Both the position numbers and the translations under genes were made by a program. From the NCBI GenBank assembly GCA_902516825.1, contig CABXZZ010000002.1:1815-65814 (forward strand): a DNA stretch of 64,000 nt, given 5' to 3'. The notes under the pieces are model-generated. The model was given only the letters and a program-made list of their open reading frames with translations, made no database searches and was not told where the DNA came from. Source of the stretch: an uncultured SAR116 cluster alpha proteobacterium. GTDB taxonomy: Bacteria; Pseudomonadota; Alphaproteobacteria; Puniceispirillales; Puniceispirillaceae. Positions 18,816-29,255 of this stretch are shown here, piece by piece (within the stretch, counting starts at the first letter, position 1; each line of letters opens with the position of its first letter).

Positions 18816-19469
18816 CTAGAATTCTGTCTCAAGGCCTGTTTTCTTCCAGGTGGGCATCTTTTGCATTACTAGCTTAAACAGTTCAGATTCCAAAAACTGA
18901 GACAGCCTTTTATGTAAATTTGGCAATTTTTGAGAATCAAACCAGTCAGGGTTTGCTATTCTAAACTGTCTGATGAAAGGTAGACAAATATAATCGAAAA
19001 TTCCAATATTTTCACCAGATAAGTAAGTTGCTTCTGCGAGCCTATCTTCTATCTTTTTTATCCATAACATAGCCAAATCGCGATGAAAATCTTTATCTTT
19101 TGGCTTAAAACGAGCCGCATATTTATACCTGTCCAAATGATGTTTGAAATCATTATCCAACGATTTTAAGAATTGCTCACTCACAGATTTATCCGCATTC
19201 CACGAGAGCATCATCTTATATGGGTCCCTGACCGAAAGTGCCCAGAAAATAATATCCATGGATTGTTCAAGAATTTGTTCTGGTAAAACAAGCACTGGGA
19301 CGGTAGCTTTTGGAGACGCCTCAAGCAAATCCTTTGGTTTATCTTTTAAATCAACTTCGCGCAACCTAACCTTCACATCACATTTTTTCAAAATTAGCCT
19401 TGCTCTCATTGCAAAAGGGCATCTTCGAAAAGAATATAAAACCGGTTTTAGCAACTCCGTTTCAGCCAT
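18816..19469 (-). CDS. glutathione S-transferase-like protein
   Basis: Thioredoxin-like N-terminal domain LYSFRRCPFAMRARL...TVPVL and a helical C-terminal domain. Start set at ATG 19469, which overlaps the upstream gene stop by 8 nt (ATGGCTGA). Confidence 0.7.
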   Translation of the reverse strand: MAETELLKPVLYSFRRCPFAMRARLILKKCDVKVRLREVDLKDKPKDLLEASPKATVPVLVLPEQILEQSMDIIFWALSVRDPYKMMLSWNADKSVSEQFLKSLDNDFKHHLDRYKYAARFKPKDKDFHRDLAMLWIKKIEDRLAEATYLSGENIGIFDYICLPFIRQFRIANPDWFDSQKLPNLHKRLSQFLESELFKLVMQKMPTWKKTGLETEF

Positions 19470-19974
19470 TGGAGGAAAGTCTACTCTCAAGTTTAAAATC
19501 ATTTCCTGATACTTTAAATGCCGAACCAAATCCTGTTACAATCACACCCTTTTTTGGGTCAATAGCAAATAAATGAAAGTCAGAAAATTCTCTAATTACT
19601 GTCATGACGGAACCATGATGGTCGCCAATATCATCACAGATAGCGTTAAATTCTGCCTCACCTCTCTTTATCTCACTTATTTCTGCGGTGAATTTCAATC
19701 TAATGCGTGCCCATATATTTTTAGCCACCTTTTCATCCTCAATAATACTAAATAGCACAGGTCTCTTATCCAGCATAAAGCGAACATGTCCTCCAAGTTC
19801 GCTTACATATATATAAAATACATTATTTCTTCTTATATAAGGCGCTACACCCCATTCAATATTCTCACCACTGTTGGAACTTGTAGATATATGGAGAGTC
19901 CTTGCCCGCTGTAATAACGCGTCCCTTCTTGCGGTTACCTTACTCAATGCTTTTTCATCATCATCCAAAGTCAA
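19462..19974 (-). CDS. pyridoxamine 5'-phosphate oxidase-like (HugZ/HutZ-like split-barrel) protein, tentative
   Basis: The pattern LLQRARTLHISTSS...APYI...FYIYVSELGGHVRFMLDKRPVLFSIIEDE resembles PNPOx-family split barrels. TTG start with an AGGAGA SD. Confidence 0.5.
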   Translation of the reverse strand: MTLDDDEKALSKVTARRDALLQRARTLHISTSSNSGENIEWGVAPYIRRNNVFYIYVSELGGHVRFMLDKRPVLFSIIEDEKVAKNIWARIRLKFTAEISEIKRGEAEFNAICDDIGDHHGSVMTVIREFSDFHLFAIDPKKGVIVTGFGSAFKVSGNDFKLESRLSSNG

Positions 19975-20088
19975 TTTTATTCTCCTATAAAAAAGGTAAA
20001 TACTGACATCGCCCAGTTATGTTTCATTGTTTTAGCATTAAAACTAACCTAGGTTAATTGGTAAGAGAAAAATACCTTAGGCCAAGAT

Positions 20089-20709
20089 ATGAAATGCAAA
20101 CTAAAGATAGAGATATTCGCAGATATTATATGCCCATGGTGCTATATTGGGAAAAAGCGCCTTGAAAATGCATTATCTGAGCGCCCTGAAATAGATGCTA
20201 CTATTGAGTGGAAAGGGTTTTTATTGAACCCCTCTATACCTCAATATGGCATAGATAGAAGGCAATATCTATTAACTAAGTTTGGGCACGCTGCTTCATC
20301 TGTTTATAGCAGGATAGAACAAGCTGGAAAACTCACGGGCATTGACTTTAATTTTGATGCTATCCAAAGAACTCCAGACTCGCGCTCTGTTCACGAATTA
20401 ATTATAGCAGCCGAAAGCAATGGCTACGGGTTGAGCGAAATGTTCTATCAAGCCTATTTCTTAAATGGTAGAGATATAAGCAGCGCTGACATCCAAAAAG
20501 AAATTATAGAAAGCTCAAACCTTTCTCAAATTTCTGATCTTGAAAAAATTACAGAAGCGAAAAAGATACTGGCATCAGACTTAACGCAAGCAAACCAATT
20601 AGGAATAGATGGAGTTCCGTTCTTTGTCTTTAACAACCAAATTTCACTTGCTGGAGCTCATCCAGAACATATATTGCTTACAGCAATCGACACTGCGGTT
20701 ACTATCTAA
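20089..20709 (+). CDS. DsbA-family (FrnE-like) thiol:disulfide oxidoreductase
   Basis: N-terminal DIICPWCYIGKKRL active-site motif and C-terminal GIDGVPFFVF. Confidence 0.8.
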   Translation: MKCKLKIEIFADIICPWCYIGKKRLENALSERPEIDATIEWKGFLLNPSIPQYGIDRRQYLLTKFGHAASSVYSRIEQAGKLTGIDFNFDAIQRTPDSRSVHELIIAAESNGYGLSEMFYQAYFLNGRDISSADIQKEIIESSNLSQISDLEKITEAKKILASDLTQANQLGIDGVPFFVFNNQISLAGAHPEHILLTAIDTAVTI

Positions 20710-23700
20710 TCTAATAGCGCCTGCACCTGTAATAACTTACTTTTCAGAAAATCAGCACGCTTAGTTACGTCTGTTAAATCTTGTTTTATTACCAGCTTAT
20801 GGTCTGCTCGTAATTGCACTTTATCTTTTTGTGAGGCAATCCAGGCAATTAGTCTTTCTGGACTAGCAAAAAAGTTATGTCTAAATTGAATAGAGAACCC
20901 TTTATTGCCAGCATCAATTTTAGCTATGTTGATATGTTTAGATATGTGTTTTAATTCAACAATATGCAGCAGGTTTTTAACTTTATCTGGGATTGGGCCA
21001 AACCTATCTGTCAACTCTACTTTTATATCTTGAAGAGATGCTAAATCATAGATAGATGCAATTTTACGATAGAGTGAGAGCCTGACTGATAAATCTACTA
21101 TATAGCTGTCGGGGATCAAGACATCAGTTCCAATACTTATAAGGGGTGACCAGTTATCTTCACTTACTACATTATCCCCTTTTTCTTTTTTGGAAACAGA
21201 CTTTGATAAAGCAACAGCTTGGCGAAGCATATCTTGATATAATTCAACACCAACTTCCTTTACATGGCCTGACTGCTCATCCCCAAGAAGGTTTCCAGCA
21301 CCGCGAATATCCATATCATATGATGCTAGTGAAAACCCTGCCCCAAGCTTATCAAGCGTTTGCATTACTTCAAGCCTCCGTTTTGCCTGTCTGGTGAGCG
21401 TTATTTGTGGGTCAGTTGTAAGATAGGCATATGCTCGTTGCTTGCCGCGCCCCACTCTGCCACGCAACTGATAAAGCTGAGATAAGCCAAACATATCGGC
21501 ACGATGAATAATCATCGTATTTGCCGTAGAAATATCAATTCCTGACTCTACAATATGGGTTGATAATAATACATCTACTTTAGCATCTGCAAAATCTGTC
21601 ATGACCTTATCTAATTCTAGCGAGTTCATCTGTCCATGTGCTGAAAGGATCGAAGCCTCAGGGACCAGCTTTGTGATGCGATCAAATATTTTCTGCATAT
21701 CTTTTATGCGTGGACATACGACAAATATCTGCCCACCCCGCTGCCTTTCACGCAAAATAGCTTCCCGCAGAGTAATAGAATCCCATGGCCCCACAAACGT
21801 TCTAACCGCTAGACGATCTACCGGCGGTGTTGCGATAAGTGACATTTCTCTTACCCCGGACAATGCCATCTGTAACGTGCGCGGTATTGGTGTTGCTGAT
21901 AAGGTAAGAACATGCATGTCACCTCGCATTTTTTTAAGTTGTTCTTTCTGAGCAACCCCAAAATGTTGTTCCTCATCAACAATAAGAAGACCTAAATTAC
22001 TGAAAACCATTGATTTTGAAAGTAATGCGTGCGTTCCAATTACCATCTGACAGGTTCCATCAGCTACATCTTGCTTGATAGTAGCCACATTTTTTGCCAG
22101 CGTCATTCTTGAAAGAACGCCAATTTGGATCGGAAAGTCTTTAAAGCGCTCTTCAAATAGCTTGCCGTGTTGTCTTGCAAGAAGGGTAGTAGGTGTTACA
22201 AGAGCTACCTGATACCCGCTCATACATGCAACAAATGCAGCACGCAATGCCACTTCAGTTTTACCAAATCCAACATCACCACAAATCAGTCTATCTGTTG
22301 GTTTTCCGGAGGCTAGATCATCAATCACATCAGAGATAGCATCGAGCTGATCATCTGTTTCAGAAAATTGAAAGCGCGCGCAAAATTCATCGAAGATTCC
22401 TGCAGGTACCTCCAATTTTTCAGCTTTACTAACTTGTCTACTAGCAGCTATTTTGATGAGCTCGTCCGCCATCTCCTTTATCCTGCCTTTAATTCTGGCT
22501 TTTTTAGCCTGCCAGGCAACGTTGCCTAACCTATCTAAAGCCGCGTCACCCGCTTGCTGTCCATATCTTGAGAGTAAATCAATATTCTCAACGGGTATGA
22601 ATAATCTATCACCACCAGCATAAATTAAACGCAAACAATCATGTTCACTGCCCCCGCTTTGCACTGTTTCAAGACCATCATATCGACCTATGCCGTGCTC
22701 TATGTGCACCACAAGGTCATCTGTCTGTAATGCGGACACTTCTCGCAAAAACTCATCTGAGCGCTTGCGCCGACCGGCAGGCCTATTTTGGCGGCTTCCA
22801 AACACATCCTGCTCTGTTAAAATCCAAATATCCGAGATCATGAATCCATTCGCTATTGACCAAACAGCAGAATAAAGTTGCCCCACCACTAGCTTTTTTC
22901 CCGGCTCAAACGGCGTAATTGAAATCGATAGATGTAGGGACACTAACTCTGTTAATTTTACAATAGCTCCCTCACTAGAGGCTACCAAAATTATAGAGCG
23001 ATCTTTTAACTCACTTTCTATCATTTTCGCTGCAGATTGAGAGGGACTAAAGCCATTTTCCAGTGTTGCGCTAAAAACAGGTCCTATTTTTCCGTATAAG
23101 CTTAATACATCATAATTTTGTGTGGTTTTTTCTGGGGAAAAGAATGGCGATACAATCGTTGGCATTTTTGTATTGAATAGTACATCAATTTCATTTTGCG
23201 ATACGTACATCTGCTGAGTTGGAACTGGCCTATAATAAAATGAATCTTTTCCAATAGCTGACACTCTTGATTGATAAAACTCCTCAATTAAGGCGATTCT
23301 TTTTTCTGAATGAACAGAAAAATCATAAGGAATAACAAGAGAAGCGTCAGGCAACCAATCTGTTATAGTAACCAGTTTAGGATGCAACAAACTCATCCAA
23401 TGCTCTATTCCAACAGGAGTTATACCTGCTGTGATTTCCTCATATAATTGGTCTCTTGATGCAGACGCACCAAACAAACTGATATAATTTTTTCTAAAGC
23501 GGGTTATAGATTCGTCCGATAAACGATATTCTGCTACTGGATTTAAGGTAAGCTGTTCTACTTCAGTCAATCCCATTTGAGAAGATGAATCAAAAAATCT
23601 CATTTTTTCAAGCTCTTGGTCAAAAAAGTCAAGTCTGTATGGATGAGTTGAAGAATCTGAAAAAATGTCAATAATATCACCTCTTATTGCAAATTCACCA

Positions 23701-24146
23701 TATTCACGAACGGTATTAGTTCTGTTGAACCCGCAATCTTGTAGAAAAGAAGCAATCTCATTTAAATTATAGTCAGCCCCTTTGGAGAGTTTTAAACTTG
23801 CATTTATAAAAAAGGATTTTGGGGGAATTTTTTGCAGAAAACTATTTATTGTTATAAGTACAACTAGTTTCTTATCTGAAATTTCATTTGAAGCAAGTTT
23901 ACTCAATGTAGAAATACGCTCGCCAATAATATCTCCATGTGGAGATAGCCTATCGTAAGGCAAACAGTCCCATGCTGGCAAGCAAACCACTTCTATATCT
24001 GGTGCAAATAACGATAAGCCCTGTGATACTTGTTTTAATTCAAGGTCATCACGAGATATGTAAATAATTGGTTCATTTATAACTGAATGTGTTGCAAGGT
24101 AAAGAGTTTGTGCACCCTCTACACACCCAAAAATTTGCTTTTGCAT
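20706..24146 (-). CDS. mfd: transcription-repair coupling factor
   Basis: 1146 aa with a UvrB-homology N-terminal region, a CarD-like domain, and helicase motifs GDVGFGKTEVA, DEEQHFG, SATPIPRT and QLRGRVGRG. Confidence 0.96.
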   Translation of the reverse strand: MQKQIFGCVEGAQTLYLATHSVINEPIIYISRDDLELKQVSQGLSLFAPDIEVVCLPAWDCLPYDRLSPHGDIIGERISTLSKLASNEISDKKLVVLITINSFLQKIPPKSFFINASLKLSKGADYNLNEIASFLQDCGFNRTNTVREYGEFAIRGDIIDIFSDSSTHPYRLDFFDQELEKMRFFDSSSQMGLTEVEQLTLNPVAEYRLSDESITRFRKNYISLFGASASRDQLYEEITAGITPVGIEHWMSLLHPKLVTITDWLPDASLVIPYDFSVHSEKRIALIEEFYQSRVSAIGKDSFYYRPVPTQQMYVSQNEIDVLFNTKMPTIVSPFFSPEKTTQNYDVLSLYGKIGPVFSATLENGFSPSQSAAKMIESELKDRSIILVASSEGAIVKLTELVSLHLSISITPFEPGKKLVVGQLYSAVWSIANGFMISDIWILTEQDVFGSRQNRPAGRRKRSDEFLREVSALQTDDLVVHIEHGIGRYDGLETVQSGGSEHDCLRLIYAGGDRLFIPVENIDLLSRYGQQAGDAALDRLGNVAWQAKKARIKGRIKEMADELIKIAASRQVSKAEKLEVPAGIFDEFCARFQFSETDDQLDAISDVIDDLASGKPTDRLICGDVGFGKTEVALRAAFVACMSGYQVALVTPTTLLARQHGKLFEERFKDFPIQIGVLSRMTLAKNVATIKQDVADGTCQMVIGTHALLSKSMVFSNLGLLIVDEEQHFGVAQKEQLKKMRGDMHVLTLSATPIPRTLQMALSGVREMSLIATPPVDRLAVRTFVGPWDSITLREAILRERQRGGQIFVVCPRIKDMQKIFDRITKLVPEASILSAHGQMNSLELDKVMTDFADAKVDVLLSTHIVESGIDISTANTMIIHRADMFGLSQLYQLRGRVGRGKQRAYAYLTTDPQITLTRQAKRRLEVMQTLDKLGAGFSLASYDMDIRGAGNLLGDEQSGHVKEVGVELYQDMLRQAVALSKSVSKKEKGDNVVSEDNWSPLISIGTDVLIPDSYIVDLSVRLSLYRKIASIYDLASLQDIKVELTDRFGPIPDKVKNLLHIVELKHISKHINIAKIDAGNKGFSIQFRHNFFASPERLIAWIASQKDKVQLRADHKLVIKQDLTDVTKRADFLKSKLLQVQALLD

Positions 24147-24164
24147 GGAATAGTTAAATTTCTG

Positions 24165-24425
24165 TCAGAGCGTTGTATTGAAATCCTTTACAAGTGAAAA
24201 AACGATACTATCGAGATTAGCTGGAATTTTTAAATCCCCTCTCACCCACGCAAGAATATTCTGGTCACCTTGTGCTAACAGTGCTTCATAATCATCCAAC
24301 TGTTGTTCATGCAAGTTATTCAAATAGCGATTTGCAAATTGTCCTAATAGTAGGTCTGTCTCTCTAGTGCCTGTATAACTAGACTGATAGATTAATCTTC
24401 GTATTCTATTTTCTCTTGTTTCCAT
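24165..24425 (-). CDS. sdhE: succinate dehydrogenase assembly factor 2 (SdhE/DUF339)
   Basis: 86 aa with the RRLIYQSSYTGTRETDLLLGQFA core typical of SDHAF2/SdhE. Confidence 0.8.
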   Translation of the reverse strand: METRENRIRRLIYQSSYTGTRETDLLLGQFANRYLNNLHEQQLDDYEALLAQGDQNILAWVRGDLKIPANLDSIVFSLVKDFNTTL

Positions 24426-24542
24426 AAATATAAACTCATCAAACTATCTAAATATATGTATATCTACAATAAATAGTGCACATTGGACAGGTTGCAATTT
24501 TTGTGGGATCATTAACCTATAATTACAAATTTAAATAGGCAT

Positions 24543-26651
24543 ATGGCAAACCTTAATTTTAATAGACCTGAAATTTTGTTCCCTTGCTTTGCACAATTAA
24601 TAAGCTTGCAAGGCATTGGGCCGAGAACTGCCAATATAATGGCAAAGAAAATAGGAAAATTCGCTATTGATTTAGCTTTTTATTTTCCTGTCTCATTAAT
24701 TGACCGAAGCGCGTCACCAGATATAAACGCTATTATGGATGGTCAGATTGTAACCTTATCTATCACCATTATATCCGTCGATATTCAGATGGGAAGGCAA
24801 TCTCGCCCAGCGCGCATAGTGGGAGAAAACGAAACAGGAAAAATTGAGCTTATTTATTTTAGGTCTAAAGCAGATTATCTAAAATCTTTATATAAGGTTG
24901 GAAAAACCGTTTTAGTTAGTGGACGGATTGATTTTTTCAACCATAAAAAACAAATTACCCACCCAGATTATGTAGTTCCGTCAGACCAGCACACATCTAT
25001 TCCCTCAATAGAACCAATTTATCCACTATCAGCTGGCTTACGTCAAAACCTGCTTAGAAAAACTTCACAAAGTATCATAAAAAAAATGCCGGAACTCCCT
25101 GAATGGATTGATAAAAATTTAAAGCAGCAACAAAAATGGCCAGATTTCAAATCTGCATTACTAAAATGCCACTCTCCAAAAACTGAAGCTGATTTAGAGT
25201 TAAATACGGTTCACCGAAGAAGACTAGCCTTTGATGAATTACTAGCTAATCAGTTAGCGCTTTGCTTGATAAGAAGTCAGCAATCCAATACTTCTGCTTC
25301 AGAGCCTGTAAGGGGAAATGAGCAATTCATTAAAAATTTTGTATCGTCTCTACCCTATTCAATGACATCTGCGCAGAAACGGGTAGTACGTGAAATCACA
25401 GAAGATCAGAGCACCCCTATTCGAATGCTGAGACTACTCCAAGGAGATGTTGGCTCTGGTAAAACACTTGTGGCTCTAATTGCACTATTACAAGCAATTA
25501 CATCTGGAAAACAAGCTGCACTTCTTGCACCAACAGAGATACTAAGCAAACAGCATTTTCAGAATGTAACAGAACTCTTAAAAAATTTTGATATAAAGCC
25601 AGTTCTATTAATAGGCAGCATGACACGAAAGCAAAAACAAAATGTCCACGAAGGCCTTAAGTCTGGAAAAATTTCATTCGTGATTGGAACACATGCCTTA
25701 TTAACTGAGGACACAGAGTTCTTAGATTTAGGACTAGCAGTAGTTGACGAGCAACATCGTTTTGGCGTAAAACAGCGTCTTATCCTGGGTCAAAAAGGTG
25801 GCGGGTGCGATGTACTGATTATGACGGCAACGCCGATTCCTCGAACATTGGCAATGACAGCGTATGGCGACCTCAAAATATCGCAACTAGATGAGAAACC
25901 TGCCGGAAGAATGGATATAAGAACGGCATCCCTACAAATGGAAAAGATGAATGAAGTTATAGAAAGGCTATCCAAAGCAATTGCAAATGGAACCCGAGCT
26001 TATTGGATTTGCCCATTAGTTGAAGAAAGTAACAAATTAGACGCTGAAGCTGCTGTTGACAGACATAAGGTATTAACGCAACTCCTTCCAGAAACAAATC
26101 CTGTTCTAGCTCATGGCAAAATGAAACCTAATGAGCGCGATATCGCAATGCAAGCATTTCAATCAGGCGAAAGCCAACTTTTAGTTGCTACCACTGTAGT
26201 TGAGGTAGGAGTAGATATACCAGAGGCTGGAATAATAATCATAGAAAATGCCGAGAGATTTGGATTAGCACAGCTGCATCAACTACGTGGACGCGTTGGT
26301 AGAAGTAATATTCAATCTTCTTGTTTGTTGCTTTATCAAACTCCTCTTTCTCATACTGCCAAATCTCGCCTCGATATCATGAGGCAAACAAATAACGGCT
26401 TTTTAATTGCAGAGGAAGATCTTCGGCTGAGAGGACCAGGAGAAGTTCTAGGACAACGACAATCAGGTGCGCCTGAATTCAAACTTGCCAATCTTTCTGC
26501 TCATGCAGATTTAATTGGAATTGCTAGAAAACAATCTTTGAAGTTGTTAAATGAAGACCCTTTACTAACATCTGAAAAAGGCAAAGCCTGCCATATTCTC
26601 ATCGGTCTATTCGAGCAAGACGCAGCAATACGTTATTTATATTCTGGATAA
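24543..26651 (+). CDS. recG: ATP-dependent DNA helicase RecG
   Basis: OB wedge domain plus motifs GDVGSGKT, DEQHRFG, TATPIPRT and QLRGRVGRS. Confidence 0.95.
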   Translation: MANLNFNRPEILFPCFAQLISLQGIGPRTANIMAKKIGKFAIDLAFYFPVSLIDRSASPDINAIMDGQIVTLSITIISVDIQMGRQSRPARIVGENETGKIELIYFRSKADYLKSLYKVGKTVLVSGRIDFFNHKKQITHPDYVVPSDQHTSIPSIEPIYPLSAGLRQNLLRKTSQSIIKKMPELPEWIDKNLKQQQKWPDFKSALLKCHSPKTEADLELNTVHRRRLAFDELLANQLALCLIRSQQSNTSASEPVRGNEQFIKNFVSSLPYSMTSAQKRVVREITEDQSTPIRMLRLLQGDVGSGKTLVALIALLQAITSGKQAALLAPTEILSKQHFQNVTELLKNFDIKPVLLIGSMTRKQKQNVHEGLKSGKISFVIGTHALLTEDTEFLDLGLAVVDEQHRFGVKQRLILGQKGGGCDVLIMTATPIPRTLAMTAYGDLKISQLDEKPAGRMDIRTASLQMEKMNEVIERLSKAIANGTRAYWICPLVEESNKLDAEAAVDRHKVLTQLLPETNPVLAHGKMKPNERDIAMQAFQSGESQLLVATTVVEVGVDIPEAGIIIIENAERFGLAQLHQLRGRVGRSNIQSSCLLLYQTPLSHTAKSRLDIMRQTNNGFLIAEEDLRLRGPGEVLGQRQSGAPEFKLANLSAHADLIGIARKQSLKLLNEDPLLTSEKGKACHILIGLFEQDAAIRYLYSG

Positions 26652-26686
26652 ATAGACAAAATAAAAAAAGAGAGGATTTCTTTAAT

Positions 26687-27403
26687 TTATTTTTTACCCT
26701 TACCAGAAATCATTTTCTGCCCTTTTTTTGCTTTATTATCAGGGGTAACAATACCAGCAGAAACAACCAATTTAATTGCGTCTTCCACAGCCATATCTAA
26801 ATAAGTTAACTCTTCTTTCGGACAAAGAAGAAGAAAACCAGAGGTTGGATTGGGCGTAGTTGGAACAAACACATTGACTATTTCTTTTTCAATTTTTTCC
26901 TTTATTTCGCCCTTTGCTAAACCTGTCACAAAGCCGATGACATAGGTTCCTTTTCTGGGATACTCCAGAATTACTGCCTCTCGGAAAGCATCGGATTGAC
27001 TTGCAACAATAGTCTCTAGAATTTGTTTTGAGCTGCCATAAATTGTTCTAACAACTGGCATGCTATTCATTACGCGCTCTCCCAGATGAACAATCCATCG
27101 TCCCAAGAAACCAGCTGTTAATGCACCAATGAAGGTTATAAATACAAATCCGATTATAATACCATAACCTGGCACTATTCCAAATCCCGGAACCCAGCTT
27201 GTTATAAAAACAACAAGCTCTTTTGGAAGTAAATTAACAACTTGTGTATCAATCAAGTCTATTGCTATCCAAGTTATATAAGTTGTCAAAAACACAGGAG
27301 CAGAAAGCAATATTCCTGCTAAAAACCAACGTCTGATATTACCAAGTAGCGTTTTATTTTGGAGTGTATTTCCAGTTTGATTTTCTGACTGACCGTTCGT
27401 CAT
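26687..27403 (-). CDS. DUF502 family membrane protein
   Basis: Two N-terminal TM helices and the conserved PVVRTIYGSSKQ segment typical of DUF502. Confidence 0.75.
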   Translation of the reverse strand: MTNGQSENQTGNTLQNKTLLGNIRRWFLAGILLSAPVFLTTYITWIAIDLIDTQVVNLLPKELVVFITSWVPGFGIVPGYGIIIGFVFITFIGALTAGFLGRWIVHLGERVMNSMPVVRTIYGSSKQILETIVASQSDAFREAVILEYPRKGTYVIGFVTGLAKGEIKEKIEKEIVNVFVPTTPNPTSGFLLLCPKEELTYLDMAVEDAIKLVVSAGIVTPDNKAKKGQKMISGKGKK

Positions 27404-27533
27404 TTCATAACTCCAATAAATCGCATCAATTGATGCATTTGTGTTAACACTTTCTTATAACTCAAATAATAGATTATTTTACAATTTAATTTAAGCGTAA
27501 AATAGAACCAGAAGTACTTAAACAGGCCACCTA

Positions 27534-28382
27534 ATGAATAATTATCCAGAGACACCCATAAACTTACATAAAATCAATGAAAATATAAGCAAACTCGTTT
27601 TAATTATGGAACAACTTAGAAACAAAGAGGGTGGCTGTGATTGGGATCTCCAACAAACTTATGAGACAATTGCTCCTTACACCATAGAAGAAGCCTACGA
27701 GGTAGTCGAGGCTATCTATGATAGTGATATGGATAAATTGCGTGACGAACTTGGTGATCTATTATTGCAGGTTATCTTTCACTCCCAGATTGCCCGTGAA
27801 CGTGATGACTTTCGGTTAGAGGATGTAATCTCAGCCGTTTGCGACAAAATGATACGAAGACACCCTCATATCTTCAGCAAAAAAGATGGCAAAAATACGT
27901 CAGAAATCCGTAAAACATGGGAGGACATAAAACAGCAAGAAAGAGAACAACTCACAAAACACAAAAAGTCGATTAGCCTTCTAGACGGAATAAGCACAAC
28001 CCTTCCAGCTTTGACAAGAGCAATGAAATTACAGCAAAGAGCAGCAAAAGTGGGGTTTGACTGGCCAACTATCTATTCAGCATTCGAGAAAATGTACGAA
28101 GAGATAGAAGAGCTGAAAATAGAAGTTGAGTCTGATAACCCAAATAATATTAGAATACAAGATGAAGTTGGAGATATATTATTCGTTGCTACAAATATTG
28201 CCCGCATATTAGGTCACGAACCTGAAACATCTCTCATACTTGCAAATCGAAAATTTGAGAGACGTTTCAAACAGATGGAATTACAATCAAAAGATGACAA
28301 TGAAAACTTGGAGGATTTATCAATAGAGGAGTTAGAGTCTTATTGGATAATGGCTAAAAATGTGGAAAAAAATAAAAACTAG
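27534..28382 (+). CDS. mazG: nucleoside triphosphate pyrophosphohydrolase MazG
   Basis: Tandem MazG domains (EEAYEVVEAI...ELGDLLLQ and EEIEEL...EVGDILF). Confidence 0.9.
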   Translation: MNNYPETPINLHKINENISKLVLIMEQLRNKEGGCDWDLQQTYETIAPYTIEEAYEVVEAIYDSDMDKLRDELGDLLLQVIFHSQIARERDDFRLEDVISAVCDKMIRRHPHIFSKKDGKNTSEIRKTWEDIKQQEREQLTKHKKSISLLDGISTTLPALTRAMKLQQRAAKVGFDWPTIYSAFEKMYEEIEELKIEVESDNPNNIRIQDEVGDILFVATNIARILGHEPETSLILANRKFERRFKQMELQSKDDNENLEDLSIEELESYWIMAKNVEKNKN

Positions 28383-28396
28383 TATTTTTAAATTCG

Positions 28397-29239
28397 TCAG
28401 CCGACAATATAAGACGCGACTTCGTCCCATGCATACTTATTTTGCACAAACAAAACAGGTACGTTTTTTTTAATATTGAAATCACTATACGACCCCAAAA
28501 ATAGGTTTATTTGACCTGAATTTCCACCTGACGCTTTGCAAAACATATCAACAGGAGCATGATCCCATGCAGTGGTGTTAGAATGAAATATGAAATCAAT
28601 TTGCCCCTGCGCTAACATAGTTGCCTCTATCCCAGCGCTTCCAATAAAAACCCTATTTTTTAAATGCTTCACCTTATTCTTGACAAGAGTTTTGATCTCT
28701 GGTTCTAAGTGTCGAAGAGACACGCTACACTTAAAATCTGTTACATGAGTTGACATCATTTTCTCGTTGCTAATTTCTAATGGTTGGAATGAATCGCTAT
28801 TGTGTCTTACCTGTAATCCAGATGCATCTGCATAATAGCATTTGTTTGCCAAAGGGATAAATATCCATGAAGCCTGAGGTTTGCCATCTTTCAGAAGAGC
28901 AACCATAGAACAAAAACGCTCGTTCCCATTCACAAAATTTTTTGTGCCGTCAATTGGATCTACGGTCCAAACAATGTTATCTCTAAGCCTTGATAAATTA
29001 TTTTTATCGTCATAACAAGCTTCTTCGCCAATTACGTTTGAGCCGTTTATTAACTGAATTAGATTTTTAGCAAGGAAAACTTCTGATTTTCTATCTGCTA
29101 CTGTGACAAAATCATCTTTAGATGATTTAGTAGATATTTGCTCTGCCGAGAGATTTTTATAAAATGGTAAAATAAATTTAGTTGACGCCTCTTGCAACAG
29201 GAACCCTACTTTATCCCGAATTTCATTATAAACCGTCAT
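28397..29239 (-). CDS. inositol monophosphatase family protein
   Basis: IMPase motifs IGEE and WTVDPIDGTKNF. Start set at ATG 29239, because the track TTG at 29299 lies inside hfq. Confidence 0.8.
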   Translation of the reverse strand: MTVYNEIRDKVGFLLQEASTKFILPFYKNLSAEQISTKSSKDDFVTVADRKSEVFLAKNLIQLINGSNVIGEEACYDDKNNLSRLRDNIVWTVDPIDGTKNFVNGNERFCSMVALLKDGKPQASWIFIPLANKCYYADASGLQVRHNSDSFQPLEISNEKMMSTHVTDFKCSVSLRHLEPEIKTLVKNKVKHLKNRVFIGSAGIEATMLAQGQIDFIFHSNTTAWDHAPVDMFCKASGGNSGQINLFLGSYSDFNIKKNVPVLFVQNKYAWDEVASYIVG

Positions 29240-29255
29240 GAAAGGTTTTCGATTT

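Noticed and set aside
24441-24475. dif-like sequence (ATATGTATAT core) in the sdhE/recG spacer.
   Set aside because: Only the central ATGTATAT matches the XerCD dif consensus. Neither flanking arm (GGTGCGCATAA / TTATGTTAAAT) is present.
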